Below, piece by piece: positions 50,900 through 64,000 of a stretch of DNA of 64,000 nucleotides. Location: contig MU004230.1 in assembly GCA_010405405.1 (NCBI GenBank), positions 3,382,627 through 3,446,626 on the forward strand, in the 5' to 3' direction. This DNA comes from Microthyrium microscopicum. Taxonomy: Eukaryota. Position 1 is the stretch's first letter. Each line of letters starts with the position of its first letter. The translations under genes and the position numbers were made by a program. The notes under the pieces are model-generated. The model saw nothing but the letters and a program-made list of their open reading frames with translations. It made no database searches and was not told the origin of the DNA.

Positions 50900-52659
50900 C
50901 AACTTGGCTGGAAGACTATGGAGCTGGACCTCAAGTACCTCGAAGTCGAATTTGGATGATGAAGAATATGCCCCCACGATGAGAATAGAATTGGCTGTCG
51001 CGAGCAATGGAAGACTGCTGCAAGATGAAGCCACAATGGGGAATTTGACCGGATTGAAATCAAAAAGCATTATTGGCACGCAAGCGTTAGGACAAGCTCT
51101 GAAAGATTGTTGATGTGATTCTTATCTTCTCTCTCATCACTTTCCTCTATCATCTTTGGAGCTTCTTCCTATTCTGCAAGCGAGGACGCATTTGTCAGAG
51201 GTCACTCTATCCTCCCCCATTTTTCTGCATATTTTTCCCAGAGCGAAACTCAACACTAACATCAACCATTTACACACCTATACCTCCTGATGCGTTTCTT
51301 GCTTGTTCAGATCTTTTCTTTTCATGTGTTTTCGACTTGGATTTCCTGGGTTACAAAGACATCCCCTTTTGCATGGTTCTCTGCATTGCTTTTTTCTCTC
51401 GACATTCGCGATATGCATTCAATGACTGAATCTGTTTGCACACTTAACCGCTGGTCATTGACTGTACTAGGCATCATGTTAAGCTAATTTCTAAAGACCA
51501 ATGTTAAACGTCACTCTAATACCGCACTTTGTAGGCCACTTCTTTCTGGCACTGACATGATTGAAATAAGATAAAGCTGTGCGATATCAGACATTTGTGG
51601 GGCAATTGAAGGCTTTGGACAAATTGACGCGGGATTCTCAATGGTACACTATGAGGGTCTATCTCGGGGAAATATCAAGGGCAATGTTTACGACACCACC
51701 TAGCGATAGCTGGACGTGCGATAGAGTATTGTATGACTGTTCAGGGTGCCAGCAAACATCATGCTGGATCCCTGGCTCTGATTGATCGAGCCCAAGAGTT
51801 AACATGTATCAATGGAAACTCATTACCAACGGCATCGGGTCACCAGCATAAGGAGCAATTTGACATATGCATGTACCGTCCCAAAAGGGATAATGCTGTA
51901 CACTCGAAGCAACGACATCTCTTCCTCAGATTTAACATCCGACATAAATATTTCACACTCCGAATGTATCTCAAGCAGAAACATATCACAAATTGCACCA
52001 TCGACGAAAATTCTTTGCCTTGCCAATATCAAACTCTTCAAAGAATTCTCCGTTCCTTATCAATTGGCCACTGCAGTCGTCAGACTCGTCACTTTTAGTT
52101 TCAGGTCCCAACCAGACAAGCTCCGAAGCATGCATGCCGCGTCTAGCCGACCTGACCGTTTTTCTTATCAATATTTGTACATACAGAACCACAATGCGTA
52201 GGGCGCATGATCTATCTTTGCGAATTCGGTGTCTAAATGTACATGCGAGCTCGGAGTTGTATGCTAGATAGGCGGCAAAGTCGGTTCCTTTAGTTAGGTG
52301 TGCCTGGGAATCAATGGCAAGCAGCGGTTGCGATTGGAGCACACGGTTGACTCTTCTTCTGCACAAGAGCTATCATTTGGCGGTGGAGAAGTAGAGTGGA
52401 TATTGGGATTTGGTAAATGCTATTTAAGTTCCTGGTGCTTTTGGAAAGATAGTGTTGTTACTTATATACTCACATTTCTATTGTTGTTTGTTCAAGATCA
52501 TTCAGTGGTACCACAGTACCCCTTTTTCAATATTTGATATTTGCATTCCACACCATTGTTATACAACCTTTATCAGTTTGCTAGACTACAATATCTAGGA
52601 ATCACAATCATATATTCCTCTCTCCACCTCTATTGTTCTTACTTTTCATATCGCTCACA

Positions 52660-54358
52660 ATGGCTCCTCCCGCCGCCATCGAAGTCGAGGCCATGACCGA
52701 CACTCAAAGCATCTCCCAATCTACACCCACCACCTTCCCTCACAAAACCGAAAGCTTTTACCGTCGCCGCGCTCCCACCGACAACGAACCAAAGTCACAA
52801 TGGGGTACCGCCGCTCCAGCAACCAGCGCCCAGTTCAAACACTCCAGCACCAAAGGCAAGCCCCTCGCCCGCCGCTGGGACGACCTTCTCACGCCCGAAA
52901 CAAAAGCCCGCAAAGGCAGCACCCTCAAAGCCGCCGCCGGCTTCCTCTCCCGCCCAGGAATCGTCTCGCTAGGCGGCGGTCTACCAAGCAGCAGCTACTT
53001 CCCCTTCGCGCAGCTCTCCGTCACAGTCCCAGCACCTGGCGCATTCAGTGAGCGCGAAACATCACAAAGCGGCGTACAGTTGAGCGCAGACAAACATAGT
53101 CTGCAGACGGGGCAGAGTATCTTCGATATTAGCACGGGTCTCAACTACGGCCAGGGCCATGGCGCCGCACAACTCCTCCGCTGGGTCACAGAACACACTG
53201 AACTCGTGCATGCGCCGCCGTATGCAGACTGGGGCTGTAATTTGACCATCGGGAGTACGAGCGCTATCGATATGGCGCTGCGGATGTTTTGTGCGCCTGG
53301 CGATGCGGTGTTGGCGGAAGCATATACGTTTCCCACATTCGTCGAGGCGAGCCGGCCCATGGGTTTAAGAACCGTGGGTGTGCCAATGGACGAGCAAGGC
53401 CTGGAACCCGGCGCGGTAGATGGGATTTTGGAGCACTGGAATCCAGCTGCACATGGCGGAGCGCGGAAACCAAGAGTGCTGTATACTGTGCCGACGGGGC
53501 AGAATCCGACTGGCGCGACGATGGGTGAGGAGCGAAGGAGGATGATTTATGAGGTGTGTTGTAAGCATGATGTGTACATTCTCGAGGACGAGCCGTACTA
53601 TTTTCTGCAATTGCCGACATACGATGCGGATGCTACGACGCAGACTGAAAAAGCGTCGAGTCATGCTGATTTCTTGGCGGGGTTGATACCGAGCTTTCTT
53701 TCGATGGATGTACAGGGACGGGTGATGCGGATGGACAGCTTTTCCAAGGTCATTGCGCCGGGTAGTCGGGTGGGTTGGGTGACGGGGTCAGAGCAGATTA
53801 TGGAGCGTTACAAGACACATGTGGACTGCAGTACGCAAGGACCAAGCGGATTCAGTCAGATTGTGCTCTTCAAGTTGTTGGAGGAGCATTGGGGACATGG
53901 TGGATACTTGGATTGGTGCAAGTATATTCGGTCCGAGTATACTGAGCGACGGGATGTGATTGTGAGGGCGTGCGAGAAGCATTTGCCTAGAGATATTGTG
54001 AGCTGGGTGGCGCCAAAGGCAGGCATGTTTGTAAGTTTTGTTCGCTGATCTTGGAACCTGCTTTATACTAACTGCTTTATAGCACTGGATGAAAGTTGAT
54101 TGGAAGAAACATCCGTTGGCTGCTTCTTGGACACACCAGGAAATTGAGGAGCAGATATTCATGGCGGGCGTTGATCATGGCTCGTTAGTAACCTGTGGTA
54201 GTTGGTTCTACGCAGATGACGATGTAGAAGAAGAGCAAATGTTCTTCCGAGCTACATACGCAGCAGCTCCATTTGATCAGATTGATCTTGCTATTCAAAG
54301 ATTCGGCGAAGCACTTCGAGATGTATTCGGGCTGCAAAACCAGATTGAGGAGCTGTGA
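52660..54358 (+). CDS. ARO8: Aromatic/aminoadipate aminotransferase (PLP class I/II)
   Basis: SLGGGLP, LNYGQG, PTGQNPTG, EDEPYYFLQ, DSFSKVIAPGSRVGW; intron 54031..54082. Confidence 0.93.
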
Positions 54359-54530
54359 AGACAGAGAAAGCGACCGGACTGTTAATGAGTAAATATTTTC
54401 ATGATTCAACTCTTTACAAAGAGCAAAATAGATCAATTGCATATCGGAGGCCTTTCATTTGCCTCTGCTTTTTCTTCAACGCCAGAACCTTCCTTTTCCC
54501 GCTATAAGTACAATGTTGTAATGTGATGAT

Positions 54531-55103
54531 CTAATTGATAAAGTTGACACAGAAGAAGTGAAGTATTAAGCTTCCAAAGATGTAATCCGCAAACGCACTA
54601 AGATGATTAGAGTATATCCAAGTAAGGGAAGCGTATGTTACGTACCGTTCGGTAGATACAGATTTGAATTCTGAAGCGTTTTCAGGGTTCGTTTGCATTC
54701 TCAAGCTGGCCGTGAGGACGAATTGACCAACAGTTGCGCTGAAACCGGAGAGGAAGGCGTTGAATGGCTGTACAGTTGGTCAGCAATGGATTCATATGTC
54801 ATGCAATACTTTCGTGCTGCGTCTCCTTCTCTCTCTGCAATGAAGTAAATGCAGAGTTTAAGGGGCAGGACTTACAAAGTTACCACCAATGAGACAGTAG
54901 AGGAATTGTAAGGCGCCGACGACAACCAAGAAGACCATGAATGTGTCAATCAGCTTGACTCTCTGGGGAGTCTGCTCGACATAGTTGTTGTATAAATGTT
55001 GTACGATTTGCGACACGTCGTTGGTTTTGCGGATGTTGGTAGAGTTTGTGGTGGAGGAAGGGGCGGAGGGAGTGGATGACTTTGCTCTTTTTGGTGGTGC
55101 CAT
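54531..55103 (-). CDS. OST2: Oligosaccharyltransferase subunit Ost2/DAD1
   Basis: TPQRVKLIDTF..GNF|PFNAFLSGF..SLRMQ..ERAFADY..LHFFCVNFIN; introns 54768..54875 and 54598..54645. Confidence 0.95.
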
Positions 55104-55431
55104 TATGGAGATAATGAGCGTGATGGATGGGCAATCGATCAAGTTGATTGGGATGCGTGATGGTAGATTTGGTGATAGATTTGTTGCGTTTAGGAGATGG
55201 TGTTGAGGCCAGACATCAAAATATATGCCAAGACTTTGAGGTTGAGCTTGGACCTTTCTAGGAGAGCCGCATCATCATTCCATTGTCTCTCCTCGCAGAG
55301 TCGTTACAAGTGATCGACTCATGAACCAAACATTGAACCAACCTCTTGTCTGACCACTTGGCCTCTTCCGTTTTCTCTTTAAATCTCACTTCAACAATTC
55401 AAATCATCAGAAAGCACCGAACCCCTTCATT

Positions 55432-55972
55432 ATGGTAAGTTCACGCTGTGTGCATTCGTTCTTGAGAGCTATTTGAACGATCAATTGGACGGAACTGCTG
55501 TCGGCAGGCGAAACAACACATGTTTACTGCTTCATTTAATGTTCCGATCGCCATGATTTGATTTGTGTTTATCGCGAAGTCTTAGCTAAAAGCTAACAAT
55601 ACATAGTCTCTTGATCAAATCGCATATGCTCTTGGCGCCATCACCGCAGGCGGCGGAATCACTGGCTACGTTCGCACCGGCTCCATCCCATCTGTCGCTG
55701 CCGGTTGCACCGTGGGATTCCTCGTATGAACCATCCGTCTCCAGACTACCAGCTCAATCTCTAATCATGTCCAGTATATCATCAGCGCATACCGTCTCCA
55801 AAACAATCAGCCATATGCCATTGAGCTAGGCCTTCTTGCATCTGTTCTTCTTGCCGGATCCTCAATCCCAAGAGCCATCAGATCCAAGAAGCCATTGCCT
55901 TCTGGTCTCAGTGTGCTTGCGCTTGTCGGTCTCTACAACTTTGGGTTGGCCTTCCAGAGAGGATCGGCATAG
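55432..55972 (+). CDS. TMEM14-family small membrane protein; absent from the ORF track
   Basis: ATG-only first coding exon, introns 55435..55606 and 55724..55774; GGITGYVRTGSIPSVAAG signature. Confidence 0.9.
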
Positions 55973-56093
55973 GTGAAAAATGTTATGTAGCGGCGCAATA
56001 TGGTCGAATGAAACGCAATCCAATAACCATCAATCTCAGTGCTACCCATTTAGACTGTGAGTCGTGACTCGTTCAAGATTGTCGGCAACCCGC

Positions 56094-56539
56094 TCAAGAG
56101 TTGAGAAGCTTGTTGCGCTTCTCTCTTCGTCTTATCCGATCGACTCGCTTTTGATGCATTTTCTCCGCCATTTTTTCAAATCGCTCCTTTTCGGCTTTCG
56201 CTTCTCGTCGATCCTTGATTCCTTGAATCCATCTCTGTATACAAATTAGCATATAGCCCCGATGGGGCGCCAGTGCCACAAACCTGTCGTTGTTCCTCCT
56301 TCTCATCCTTCATCTCTTTTTCAATGGCCTTGACTGCTTGTATTTGTTTCCGGTCTTCCATGCGTTTGGCGAATGTTGAGTTTCCTGCTTTGGGACGAAA
56401 GGCTCTCTTGGTATCATGCCAATTTTTGCCTGTAGGTATTAGTTGAGAGTTACGCGAACAGTCAGATAATGTTGGTACCATTTTTGCGCAAACCCTGTTG
56501 GGCGGCGCTTGGTGCTTTTTCGGTATCAGCAGTACTCAT
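56094..56539 (-). CDS. CGR1: rRNA-processing protein Cgr1
   Basis: [43 protein letters not shown]; introns 56430..56478 and 56235..56283. Confidence 0.93.
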
Positions 56540-56991
56540 GGTGAAGTATTTGCTCGTAGAACGACAAGCGATAGTAAAGGACCAAGGAAGAAGGTTATGC
56601 AGTAGGGATTATGCAGAACGAGGAAGAGTCGGAGGGTTGAGTCTTGGAAGTTGAAAGGTGGGTTCGAAAATTTGAGGATTTGACAGCAGCACAAATAGCC
56701 CCACACTTTTTTTGACACCTCCCAGGGCCCATTCCGCATTTTCTCTCCAAACACAGCTCAAGACTTGCCAATAAAAATTCTACATCTACACCTACGCCCT
56801 TTTGCCGTCCGACCTCGCTGAATTTTCACCACCATGCAATGACTCCCCGAGAGCATTTTAATTCACCACGTCGCTGTCCTCTGACGCGTACCTTCATATC
56901 TACCACACTTGCGATGCGCCCTCGCTAACACCAACCCCTCTACTTTCCTCCTGTCTGAAATCTGGAGCTGCTGTCCGAAGCCGGCGTGTTG

Positions 56992-58033
56992 ATGGCACAC
57001 TCCAATTCACAAAATACTACTGAGCAGAATCCCTTGGTTACTCTCTCCGACAATGGTATAGCTTCCAATAAAGATGTCGCCTTCAATTCTGGCGCCAATG
57101 TCGCGAAAGATATCGTCTTTGGATCTATTGCTGGAGTCGTCGGCAAGGTCATTGAATTTCCATTCGACACCATAAAAGTCAGATTGCAATCACAGCCAGA
57201 CACTCTGCCTTTACGATACTCGGGACCATTGGATTGTTTCAGGCAATCTTTGCGACAAGATGGAATTGCTGGCCTTTACAGAGGTATAAGCCCTCCATTG
57301 TTTGGAGCGGCGGTGGAGACTAGCAGTCTCTTTTTCAGCGTATGTTATCACTAGCAAGCACGAACCAGCAAGATCTAACCACGAACAGTACAATCTTGCT
57401 CAAGGAGCACTTCGTTCTGCCTTCTATCCAACCCAAGACCTTCCTTTCGCCGCTCTGGGCTTCTGTGGAGCAATCTCTGGAGCCTTCACGTCGATCCTCC
57501 TCACCCCAATCGAGCTGGTCAAATGCAAAATGCAAGTGCCTGCTATTCAATCGCACGGCGAATGGCGAGCTCCAACTGTCACATCCGTCATTGCTTCAGT
57601 ATATAAACATCAAGGCATAATGGGATTGTGGCATGGTCAAATGGGTACACTCATACGAGAGACTGGTGGATCAGCTGCTTGGTTTGGAAGTTATGAAGGT
57701 CTAAAGATCCTCATGCGCCGTCAAAATCCCAAGATCAAGAGTGATGATGACTTACCATTACTGAGTAAGATGCTGGCTGGAGCAGTCGCCGGCATGTCGT
57801 ACAACTTCATATTCTACCCAGCAGACACGATAAAGTCACGTATGCAAACGGAAGATGTCAGTCAAGTTTCCAAGACTGGACAGCGGACATTTTGGAGCGT
57901 CGCAAGAGCTACATGGAGTCATCATGGTCTGGCAGGACTATACAGAGGGTGTGGAATCACGGTATTCAGAGCAGCACCAAGTTCTGCATTCATTTTCACT
58001 ATTTACGAAGCATTGAAAAAGCAATTTCCATGA
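56992..58033 (+). CDS. ORT1: Mitochondrial carrier, ornithine transporter (Ort1/ARG-13/AmcA-like)
   Basis: Three carrier signatures [20 protein letters not shown] and [24 protein letters not shown]; intron 57340..57388. Confidence 0.85.
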
Positions 58034-58432
58034 AAAAGTTCTGGTACGAAGGATGTTCTGCATTGCGAGGCGTTTGGTTATACCATTGCATAGGAACTAG
58101 ACATGAACAAATAGACGATTGGACTTTTTAACGACCAATACACCAATATCAATGATCTAAAAGCGTGATAATAGCAAAATGTAAACATGACTCTTTTATA
58201 TGCGTCTTCACATGCTAGTTTGGTGAAGCTTGTGACATCAAGACCCCTGCCATGACCAGCTGTTTGTGCTCATTTCTGCCCTCGGGTCAAAGGCTACCCC
58301 CAACCATTGCTCCCACAACCTGACGATACTACTCACAACCTAACATCTACATTCTCTTATCCTTTTCAAGGCCATTTGGAGGACATCTCTGCTTCTTCAC
58401 GATTGACGCTGTCCCTCTCCGCCCTCATCTCA

Positions 58433-58436
<4 letters not shown>

Positions 58437-58502
<66 letters not shown>
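58437..58502 (+). repeat. Poly-C tract (66 nt)
   Basis: Read directly from the sequence. Confidence 0.95.
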
Positions 58503-58503
<1 letters not shown>

Positions 58504-58796
58504 CTTTGCGCGTGACATCATCCAGATCAACTTGCCGAGGAAGTTTACCGTCCACTTGCACCCTGCATATGTTTGTAAATTGCCGTTTACAGCTCCGAAT
58601 CCTATAAAAATTTCTCGGCCCGACGTTGTAGCTATCCCTCAGACGCATCTTATAGTATTGGGAGTTAGAGAAGAGCTGGGATACCACGTTGTTTCAGGTC
58701 GCGTGCTGAATATAGAGCCATACAACTCCACGTGGAAAGGAAGAAGGAACGAACAAGATACGCGTAACTTCAATCAATTGCGACATATACATCAAG

Positions 58797-59621
58797 ATGA
58801 GCAACCTAGTGAAAAGCGTAGAGAGCGCTCTCACCGAATTCATACTCGATCCAGCCAACCATGAATTCCTTACTCTCGTCAAAGGAGTCCGCAATGGCAT
58901 CGTCTACGGCAGCAAAGTCCGCTTTCCACACGCCCTCGTGTACGTCCCATACAGCATATTTCCCCTCCAAATGTGGCATTGCTAACATCTCACCTCCAGC
59001 ATGATATTCCTCTTCCGCTCCGGAACGTAAGTAACATCCACAGCAACCCTGTCCAACCCCACTGACAAACCAAACTCAGCATCCGCCAAAAGATCTGGCT
59101 CATCTTCAAAGCCACCCGCCAACACGCCCGCAACCTCGGCCTCTTCGCCCTCCTCTACAAATCCACCCTCATGCTCCTCCGCCGCTCCGCCCCAGACCTC
59201 AAACAACGGCCCCTCGACCCCTTCCTCGCCGGTCTCCTCGGCGGCTACGTAGTCTTCGGCCGCAGCCGCAGCAGCATCAACCAGCAAATCGTAACCTACG
59301 TCTTTGCGCGCGTAGCCTTGGGGGCCGCAAAGTTGGTCACGCAGCCCGCGCCCGCGGGGGCGGGAGGACTGGTGGATAATGGGGTTAGGGAGGCGATTAG
59401 GAAGAATGCGTGGCCGGTGTTTGCGAGTGTGAGTTGGGCGAGTGTGATGTGGTTGTTTGCGACGCATCCGGATGTGGTGCAGCCGAGTTTGAGGAGTAGT
59501 ATGCAGTATATGTGAGTATTGAGTGAGAGGTTTTGTACGGGAGAAAAGCTAATGCGTTGGTAGATATGTTGATTCGGATTCGTGGGATTCGTTACGGACG
59601 TTTTTGTGGCATAATAAGTAG
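58797..59621 (+). CDS. Peroxisomal membrane protein 4 (PXMP4/PMP24, Tim17 family)
   Basis: KGVRNGIVYGSKVRFPHALVMIFLFRSG, ATRQHARNL, SINQQI, QPSLRSSM; introns 58940..58999, 59027..59079 and 59512..59563. Confidence 0.93.
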
Positions 59622-60529
59622 ATGGGTGGGGAATAGATCTTGCATTGGGTTTTCTTTGTATATACGATATGATATTATTGCATTATTTGATTGAGACCCT
59701 CGTGAATGAGGCTGGATGATAAGCTTTTTGGTTGGCGTGCTTGGTACTGTGCTTGTTTGAGACTCTTTGAGAAAATAGATGCGCCGAGATTTGGAATCAT
59801 ACTCTTGGTTTGGTTCGGAACCTGCTATCTGGACCTTCAAGATAGTGTGTCGAATAGTGAGACAAATGATTGTGATACAAATCGAGGTCTGAGAATACAG
59901 TGACTCTAAAAATACTTGATCAATGGGAACACGAGATGCATGACATCTATTCTGTCCACCGGTTGATATCCTTCCCAATCCATCGGTGCACCGATCTCTG
60001 GTCATACCAGAGCTAACCAAGCACGTCGTAAGTATCCCAGCAGCATGGTCCTATTGTGGTATCATTTTGTCGAATGGTTCATACCCCCTGCACTTGATTG
60101 TAGTCATGGATCTGTCTACTAGCAGGAAGGTGATTCCTAATCCGGGCTTCACTTCTGCATTTCCTGGTATTTGGGGAAGATCACGAAGATCACTGGCATT
60201 TGATGCTAGTCTGTCAGTGTCATCGAAGATGCCGAATGCCGCTGCAATGTCAAGAAAGTACAAGGAGATTTATGATGGTCAGGTGGTGTCTATTGATATA
60301 CTGCTGTAGAGTCGCACTCATGATTCCAATCCAGGTTTTTGAGAGGACAATGCATTAAAATATTCATTCTATTCTAATATAGATAGAACATGACAGAACA
60401 TGTTTATACATTACAGATCTCGTCAAAGTTAATGCGTCAAGTTTCCTTCGAAGAGTCAGATGGACACAACCTCATCCGGAGCTTACAATAACCCCTAAAA
60501 AGGCTGTTGTCACCAATATTACAAGCATC

Positions 60530-62417
60530 TTAGAAGATGTTGTGAACAAAGTTCATGAACTTCTCCTTCATGGTTTGGTTCTTCCTCAATTCCATAGCGG
60601 CGATGCTCTCGCGTCTCATCTCGTCGGTAGTCTCTCTCATGCCAGTGTAGACGTCGATGTTCTTGATCGCAACCCACAGTGGGCGATCTTCTGGTCGCTT
60701 GAACCAACTGTAGACCTTCCAGATAAAGTATAGGAAGATAAGGAAGGGGCCGGCAAGGTAAGCCTGGAAGAAGAGGGATGCGGACAAGTATGGTCCGCCG
60801 ACTGGGTATAGTGCAACATAAAATTGTGCCATCAGAGCAATGACGTTGATGAACAGGCAGATCCAGGAGCCAATGACACCGAATTTGGCCTTGAATGGCA
60901 GCTCATCGACCGAGTGGCCATTTGCTTTCCATGCCATACGGAAACGGATGTGAGCTAGAGCAATACTACCATAGACAAACAGGATGGAAAGACCTGACAA
61001 TGACAAAAGCCAGTTGAAAATGTCTCCACCGTTGGCTGCCAAGTTGACGAAAGCCAAACATCCAAAGAGAAGCTGAATGATGACCACGGTGATAGGACGT
61101 CCCTTGTTATCAACGTAAGCGCAGATCTTGGGAGCCATGCCGTTGACAGCCAAGGCTTGCATCGTGCGAGTGGAGCCGAAAGTGCATGAGTTGGCGACAC
61201 TGATGACAGAGATCAAGATGACAGCGTTAAAGATTGATGGAAGAACCTTGATACCAGCGAGTTGGATGGCGATAACGAAAGGCGAGTGACGGGAGGATGA
61301 ACCTTCACCAGAGTACAGATAACTATCGGCTGGAACGATCAATCCAATGAGGAAAAGGTTGACAATGTAGAAGATAGCAATACGCCAGATGACCTGGTTG
61401 GAAGCTTTTGGAATCTCCTTCTTTGGGTTTGCAGTCTCAGCAGCAGCAAGACCAGTAAGTTCAGTTCCGGTGTAAGCGAAAGCTGCAGTAACGAAGACGG
61501 AGCAGAAGCCGTGGAATCCGTTAAGGAAAGCAGTATGTGGCGCGTGCCAGTAAGCTGCTCCAATGTAGCCTCTGTTATCTGTTGGAACACCACCGCAGTC
61601 GATGATAATTCCGAGAATCATAAAGCCAATGCAAGCAATAATCTTCATCACACTGAGAACCAATTCGACCTATTTCAATCAGTTTTGTCTTAAAGAGAGT
61701 TTTGGGGAAACATACCTCGCCATAGCCCTTTACACCAAACATTTGGATAACGACCAATGCGACTAGAAGTGGAACAATCCATGCAGCGTTATTAATACCT
61801 TCCGATCCAGACCAGTAATGAATGATGTTGCAAGCAGCGGAAATCTCAAACGGTAATACAGTTAACCAACTGATTGCGTATTCCCAACCACAAGCGAAAC
61901 CCCAAGAAGGATCAACGAATCGGCAGATGTACATGGTAAAGGCTCCGTTGATTGGGTACATGACAGCGAGTTCTGCAAGAGCTTGCATCACGAGGTAACT
62001 AAACAGCCAGGTTAGATGAGGAGTAAGCTGTGGAGCTTCATACATACACCATGACACCTATTTTCAAGTTAATTGCTGCGCACCTAGTCTCGAAAAGCTA
62101 CCACTTACCAATAATAATGAATCCAAGAAGAACAGAACCGGGTCCACCAGTCTGAAAAGCATTACCAGAACCGACAAAGAGACCAGCACCAATTGCACCA
62201 CCACTTCGCGCATGTCAGCATCGTCCTCTCGAATCCGAAGGTCCTCAACTTACATGGCAATCATCTGCATGTGTCGTCCTTTGAGATCTTTGTGAAGCGC
62301 ATTTGCGCCAACTTCTGGGTCGGCATGGTAAGTACCTCCTTCGTGAGCAGTATCATACTCGGGAGCAGCATGAGCGTGCTTCTCGCCGAGATCACCGCTT
62401 TTTGGTTCGTAACTCAT
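60530..62417 (-). CDS. Amino acid permease (YAT/Gap1-like family)
   Basis: LKGRHMQMIAIGGAIGAGLFVGSG, FVTAAFAYTGTEL, SPFVIAI; introns 62204..62253, 62058..62108, 61999..62047 and 61670..61715. Confidence 0.95.
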
Positions 62418-64000
62418 GGTTGCGGTTGCGATTTACGTAGGTAGGAAACGAAGAAATCGACCAGGCCGTGAATTTAATTTGAATAGAAATGCTATGACCG
62501 GGTCTTTAAAGCGTCAAGCAACGACCGCAAGCTACCCCAGCGCCCGCACCGCTGCAACGCGACTCATCAAGCCATGTACGGCAAATCATAGATAAGCAGC
62601 ATCCCTCGCGTGTTGAAGGGTTGCTACTGGTCCCTGCGATGCTCGTAATCAGCATCCGAGCAATCGGATCCGCAAAAGGTATAGAGCTGATTTGGGGAAG
62701 GTGACATTGTAACACCGTGACACCCCACGGCAGATAACCAGGTTCGTGGAAATTGATGTTTTATGGGGAAGTGGCGGTATACGACCAATGCCGTGCGTTC
62801 AAGATGGATGTGGCGCTATACTACTGTACCCTAAAGTGGTGATTGACGAGGTTCTTTGCCTAATCATCCTTTGACAACACCAATACCGTCACTAAGATAA
62901 AGCCGCTCGCGGTAGAACCGCACAAGCGGCGGATAGGGTCACAAGAGCACTTTCAAACGCAAAGAGTAGTTCGGCCATTTTCATTGGATAGAAATGTAAC
63001 CGCATATCTCAAGATATGTCTAGGATTGTGCACTTTTGGGTTCATTTAAAGGTCTAGATGCCTTTTGAATGTGTTAAGAAACCATATTATATCCATCAGG
63101 CTTCAAGATCGGATAGCAGCTCGTCGCGATCAACTTCTGCACGATGGGAAAATCGGTGTTGGCTGTCTGTAAGCCTCATGTGAGCCTCATGCAGGCGTTT
63201 TCTTCAACCAACCTCCTCAAGCAAACGGACCTTTTCTTTCAAAGCCGAAGTGATAGCAAAAGCTAGCTGTCACTAAACACGACGCGTCGGATACAAAACT
63301 TGAAGCCAGAATCTGCCTTACCAGAAAGGATCAAACAAACAAAGGACCCTGATCTGAAACATTGCTTACACGAATATCTTCAGCATTCAGAATTCTTATA
63401 CTCTTGTGGTATTCAAATCATAAGTTGTATAAGCAACGGAGCTGGTTCAGTTACTCCATAAGCCTTTGTCAGTATGAATTTATATGAATGACAAACTGAA
63501 AGCAGCAATGCATAACATTGTAAGATTATCGGATCAGGAATCAGGATATCAGATGGTTACATCCCGATTTCACTAGTATGGACCCTTCTTACGCCACACT
63601 CCACCCTCTAACTCTACGGAGAGTCGGAGGCATATTTCAGCACCCGAGGCATATTCCGCAGTCAGCTATTCGTATTATTATTCCGTTGTACAGAGTCCAG
63701 ATTATCTCACTATCAGTCAAAAGTTCCCGCTAGACGTTGAAAAGCAGTAGACCTTTTCTAAGCGCTACTAGCCGCTTTGGACTAACGGATCTAACTGAAG
63801 ATTTCCTTCTAAGCAAAGGTTCGTCGGCGAGGCCGATTTGGGTGGTAACAACTTACAAGGGTCCACAGCGATTCGTTCGCCTCCTCACATCCACTCATAA
63901 TGAACCGCGAGAGTGTTAGCAAATAACATGACAGTCTTTTCAAATAATAATGGCCGAAAAGATCTGGAGCAGAGCAAGAGATTTTTCGAATTTTGACCTT

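Noticed and set aside
58307..58864. Poly-Pro and poly-Gly ORFs
   Set aside because: They are translations of the poly-C tract with no other coding signal.
62591..62901. Three GATAA motifs upstream of the permease (AreA-type)
   Set aside because: Plausible, but too short and common to support from sequence alone.

Overview
This is a gene-dense window of a filamentous ascomycete (Pezizomycotina) nuclear genome, with short GT-AG introns and CTRAY branch sites. Conserved genes occupy both ends. From 1 to 31.4 kb: USP34/24-like deubiquitinase, ETF-beta, Nrd1/Mrn1 RRM protein, an unannotated 59-aa twin-CX9C protein, ILS1, NPL4, a CE1-like esterase, an MFS transporter, RAT1 and vezatin. From 48.7 to 62.4 kb: a Sel1-repeat protein, ARO8, OST2, TMEM14, CGR1, ORT1, PXMP4 and an amino-acid permease. 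Between them (about 31.9-46 kb) is an accessory-looking island. It holds a CCCH/GW-repeat/CbbX-type multi-AAA gene, a secreted alpha/beta-hydrolase, two orphan Cys4-motif paralogs, three copies of a ~220-bp fold-back element and a Tc1-like HTH gene with a coding minisatellite. The most unusual signal is an array of five diverged ~110-130-nt units at 43.1-44.2 kb that keep three hairpins and a loop pseudoknot through compensatory substitutions, a candidate undescribed structured RNA. NPL4 (retainable last intron) and RAT1 (nested donor in intron 1) show candidate regulated splicing. All gene identities come from motif recognition by eye, with no database searches.
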